Shown: positions 60,594 to 64,000 of the stretch, piece by piece
Layout of the letters: each line of letters opens with the position of its first letter
Numbering within the stretch: the stretch's first letter is position 1
Assembly: GCA_010909165.1 (NCBI GenBank)
Contig: MU008161.1
Location: 1,488,001-1,552,000 of the forward strand
Reading direction: 5' to 3'
Length of the DNA stretch: 64,000 nucleotides
From: Anthoceros angustus
Taxonomy: Eukaryota > Plantae > Anthocerotophyta
Notes under the pieces: generated by a model
What the model saw: only the letters and a program-made list of their open reading frames with translations
What the model was told of the DNA's origin: nothing
Databases searched by the model: none
Position numbers and translations under genes: made by a program

Positions 60594-62354
60594 TCAACTA
60601 TCTTCGTTTGCCACGGTTTCCTTCTCCGCTTCAGTTCCACCACTGACCATCTTCTCGAGGGAATCCACGTCAGAAAGCTCTGACAATGTGTCAAATCGTA
60701 TGGAGTCTGCATCCTCACTGCAAGATTGTCAAGCGCTTATGTCAGGCAGCCGGTGAATACACATTCTATCAAGGTGCTTTCACCCACCCAAAGACTGTAG
60801 TTATGCAGAGGGAAGAAGGCAGTACTCAGTGACACCAAATATCTCCTTTATTTGAAGAGCACCACGAACCGCTGCAGGACAGAAATCTTCAAGCTGGAAA
60901 GGAGGCAAAGCGAAAGCATAAGGTCACGAAAAATCGAGTAAGCAAGCAATTTGAGGTATAACAGGGTCTCCAGTCTAATAAAAGTACCTCTGATAAGTAC
61001 AAAAGCTTCTTGAAGAGAGCCTGTACTGCAATCTTCCTCTCTAACCCCTTAGCAGTGAACCCTCTGGTATCCATAATGACAGGTCCTTAAAGCAAACAAC
61101 ATAACCAGGTTGGTAAGCATTGACAGTATCCCACAGTTGCTCGCAAAAAGTATGGTACAGTTGCTCGCAAAAAGTACAGTACAGATCAAGCAGGAATAGC
61201 GACAGTAGTCACCTTTTGCTTTCACTATTCTCCGTGAAACCTCATTGAGAATCTCCGGAATTTCCTCATAACCAATTGATGCAACTGCTCTCAAGTGAAT
61301 GAGATCTGCCACTGCATCTGTATTGAAGGGTCGTTCATTCAGAGCATACCGGATATATTTGCGCAAAACTTCGCTGCTGCTAAAGTCACACTGCAAACAA
61401 CGATTGACATACACCTCAGACATGAAGCAAGCAGCCCTCAAATACGTACACCCGACCCCTGACCATATTCCAACTGCTCTAAGTAGCAAGAACCAAAACA
61501 ATACCTTCTTCGCCAAAGCAGTCAGGTTTTCAGACGTTAACTCAAGCCGCCTTGTCGGTAGGAACTCACTGAGACTTTCATTCAAAAACGCATTTTTCCC
61601 AACCTGACACACAAATCACAGTGCTTCAAATTCGTTGCCCTGGACTGCATGACCAGCCTAGTGCATGCAAAAAATGTGAAGGCTCTCGTTCTCAGCATTC
61701 ATAAAAGCGGCAGACGCAAATCTCCAGACCAGGACATCCCAACACACCTACCTGGCGACGACGTTTTTCCTTAGGAGAAGAGAGCTTGGCGACGGTCTTG
61801 ACCGTGGCCAGCACAAACGTGATAGCAGCATACGCCAGCGGCACCGCCACCAGCCAGGGCAACCCGCTCTGACCTACTCTCGGCCCGGGAATGGCCTGCA
61901 CAGCCGTCGTGGCATAGAACGCAATGTCCTCCCCCTTCTCCTGTATCCACGAAATCCCTAAGTCCGGGTCCACCTGCTCAAGGGCAACGGTATCCTCCTG
62001 CACCTTGCTCGCCGGCGCAGACACACCATCTTGCGACTGCTTCTTGGCTTCCACGGCAAACCGGAATCTTCCGAGCCGGCCGCATCCGGCCCCCACGAAG
62101 ACGGACGAGCATAGAAGGGGAGCAAAATCTGCGCTGAACCCCGACGCCGAACGGAGCGGCCAGGCCGCACCAGATTGAGCCGGGCAGCGGACCTGAAGCC
62201 CAGCCTGGGGCCGCGGCCCGGGCCCCCACGCTCCCTTCCAACATTGGTGCACAGCCAGACAGGAAGAGGAGCGGAATTCCCTAGACGAGCAAGACGCACC
62301 GGCACCGGCAGCAGCAGGCGCTGCGGCAGCTTGAGGCGGGTTTGAAAGCGCCAT
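60594..62354 (-). CDS. Conserved plastid-targeted protein resembling Arabidopsis At5g08540 (armadillo-like helical domain), multi-exon
   Basis: Transit-peptide-like N-terminus, then LPWLVAVPLAYAAITFV..VKTV.K.SSPK, EVLRKYIRYALNERPFN.D.VADLIHLR, EILNEVSRRIVK.KGPV.MD..GFT.KG..RK.AVQALF.KL.YLSE and IKEIFGVT. Homology from recall. First ATG is 62354; stop at 60594. Confidence 0.8.
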
Positions 62355-62603
62355 GCCTGCGCAATCCCGGCCTAGCACCAACCATCCAAGCCCTTCGCAC
62401 GGGGCAGCGTGTCCCGCATGGCCCAAGCCGGCGGCACCCAAAACCCAGAACCTTCCACTGCAAACGTGCGCCCCCCGGGATCTAACTAAAACTCGTCCGG
62501 GGCTCCTGCAAAGCTCTGAGATGTGTCTCAGGCTTGGCCCAAGGCCAGCGCTACCGCGTCACCGCGCACTGAAATCTCTAAAGCCCAAATCGCACCAGCA
62601 GGA

Positions 62604-62709
62604 GCGAATTGAGACTTCTTTTTTCATCCGCGAATCGAAACCTCTTTTGCATCCGCGAATCGAAACTTCTTTTGCATCCGCGAATCGAAACTTCTTTTGC
62701 ATCCGCGAA
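62604..62709. repeat. About four 25-bp tandem repeats CATCCGCGAATCGAAAC(T/C)TCTTTTG
   Basis: Units at 62625, 62650 and 62675 with partial flanking copies. Confidence 0.9.
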
Positions 62710-62823
62710 CTGACGCTTCCAATACGAAATATATAGAATCCTTACCGCTAAATCTGACGCTTCCGCAAGGTTCAGCAACCACCAACGCTTCCTCAATCGT
62801 ACACACATCGTGAACCCGTTATA

Positions 62824-63544
62824 CAGTCAAACCCCTCTAATTGGGACCCCTATAAATGGGAACCCCCTTTAAATGGGACGCTCGGGCTTACTCCCTTGAA
62901 TGTGCTACATGCTAAATGGGAAACCCTCTAATTTGTAAATGGGAACATGTCTCCCAAACATTCAATGCAAGTACACCTCTGTAAAAGGGAAAATACATAT
63001 TTTAAAAAAAATAAAAAATTGAGGAAATCGTCTTATCGAGATTACGTATATTCCTACAGAGGACCAAATATGGCAGCATTAATCCCTCCGCCTGTCAATG
63101 AGGAGGGTGAGGAGAATGATACAGTGTCAGTGGAGACCATAGCGCCAAGACCGCGTACGACAAAGGATGCTGTAGATAATGCTATGAGGATAGCGAAGAT
63201 GTTTTGGGAACAGATGCCACATAACACTCTTGATGCTTTGAAGTTGCATTCTCGGTTGGATGAAAGTAACTCGGCATCAATCAAGATTGATGATTATTTT
63301 AACCCGCAAACTAGAATTAGGTTGGCAGCTATGTAGTATGAGGAAGCATTTTGGATTTTTTGGATTTTTTGGATTTTTTTTGATTTTTTGGAAGCTTTTA
63401 AGCTCTTTCAAATGTTTGATTTAAAGGATTTTTTGATTTTTAAATATTTTTATTTTCAAAAGATGAAAATGCCTAAGCAGGAACCCTCTAAATGGGACGA
63501 TTTTTTGCTACTCCCAATTGTTCCCAATTAGAGGTCTCGATCAG
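62824..63544 (+). mobile_element. Pogo/Tigger-like (Tc1/mariner) internally deleted element retaining a transposase C-terminal remnant
   Basis: TA precedes CAGTCAAACCCCTCTAATTGGGA. The inverted TCCCAATTAGAGG lies at 63522-63534, but the outermost bases are degenerate. Subterminal TAAATGGGA repeats are present. The internal ORF ends ...DNAMRIAKMFWEQ...SIKIDDYF, resembling pogo transposase tails. Confidence 0.6.
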
Positions 63545-64000
63545 ACAACATTTATGTCGTTACTGCTTAGATACTATACCTTTATACTATTTAATCAAAT
63601 TCTAGATACCATATCTTTGACATAATGGATATATGGATTTTAACTCTCAATGGCACCTATTCGTGAAGACTCTTTATGCCTTACTTTGTTTTGGATTCTC
63701 TTGGTGAAAAATTACGTATCCTTGGGGTGCATAATGTTCCCCTTGTCCTATTGCATATGACATATGAACTTTGAATCATGAATCCTACATTGTTGTGGAC
63801 CACACCAAGGTTTCGAACCCAAATAGCAAAAAACGAGCACCGGCTCAACTCCAGCGACTTGAATTTAAGGTGCTTTTAAATCACCATGCAACCCCTCCCT
63901 TGTGTACCATGCTCTCGCTCCCCATGTGCCACCATACCGGTGGTCATACCGCCAACGGGCAGTCTGCATTCAGTCTTCATTCAAATTTTCTTTGAAGGGA

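Noticed and set aside
1-64000. tRNA, rRNA or LTR retrotransposon (PBS/PPT/RT) features
   Set aside because: No convincing signatures were seen by eye. tRNAscan-SE, Infernal and LTR finders would be needed to exclude them fully.

Overview
Eukaryotic nuclear DNA from a non-seed land plant (hornwort, lycophyte or fern-like; inferred from a PLS-class PPR gene with a PGxSWW box, mostly 70-120 nt introns and high gene density). The window has two very different halves. (1) About 1-35.2 kb has no recognisable intact gene. About 10-11 kb of unique GC-rich sequence is expanded to about 31 kb by nested, same-orientation tandem duplications. At least eight junctions sit on 6-11 bp microhomologies, and the copies differ mainly by small indels. 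It ends in AT-rich arrays of a 12-bp motif in alternating orientation, followed by a G-rich low-complexity block. It is either an unusual, heavily rearranged transposon-like element or an unpolished/chimeric assembly segment; the sequence alone cannot decide. (2) About 36.6-62.4 kb is a compact gene region: UBC32-like E2 (+), an ATG22/UMF1-like MFS transporter (+), PEX2 (-), a repeat-containing RING-H2 gene (+), a GT37 fucosyltransferase (-), an AlaX-type tRNA-editing protein (+), an RPL32 pseudogene (+), a PLS-E+ PPR gene (-), a DPB3/NF-YC10-like histone-fold gene (-), an F-box gene (+) and an At5g08540-like plastid protein gene (-). Transposon remnants include a CRE/R2-type LINE 3' end, a CACTA left end with an En/Spm-type TIR and a pogo-like deletion derivative. 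All identifications come from recognised motifs; no database searches were run.
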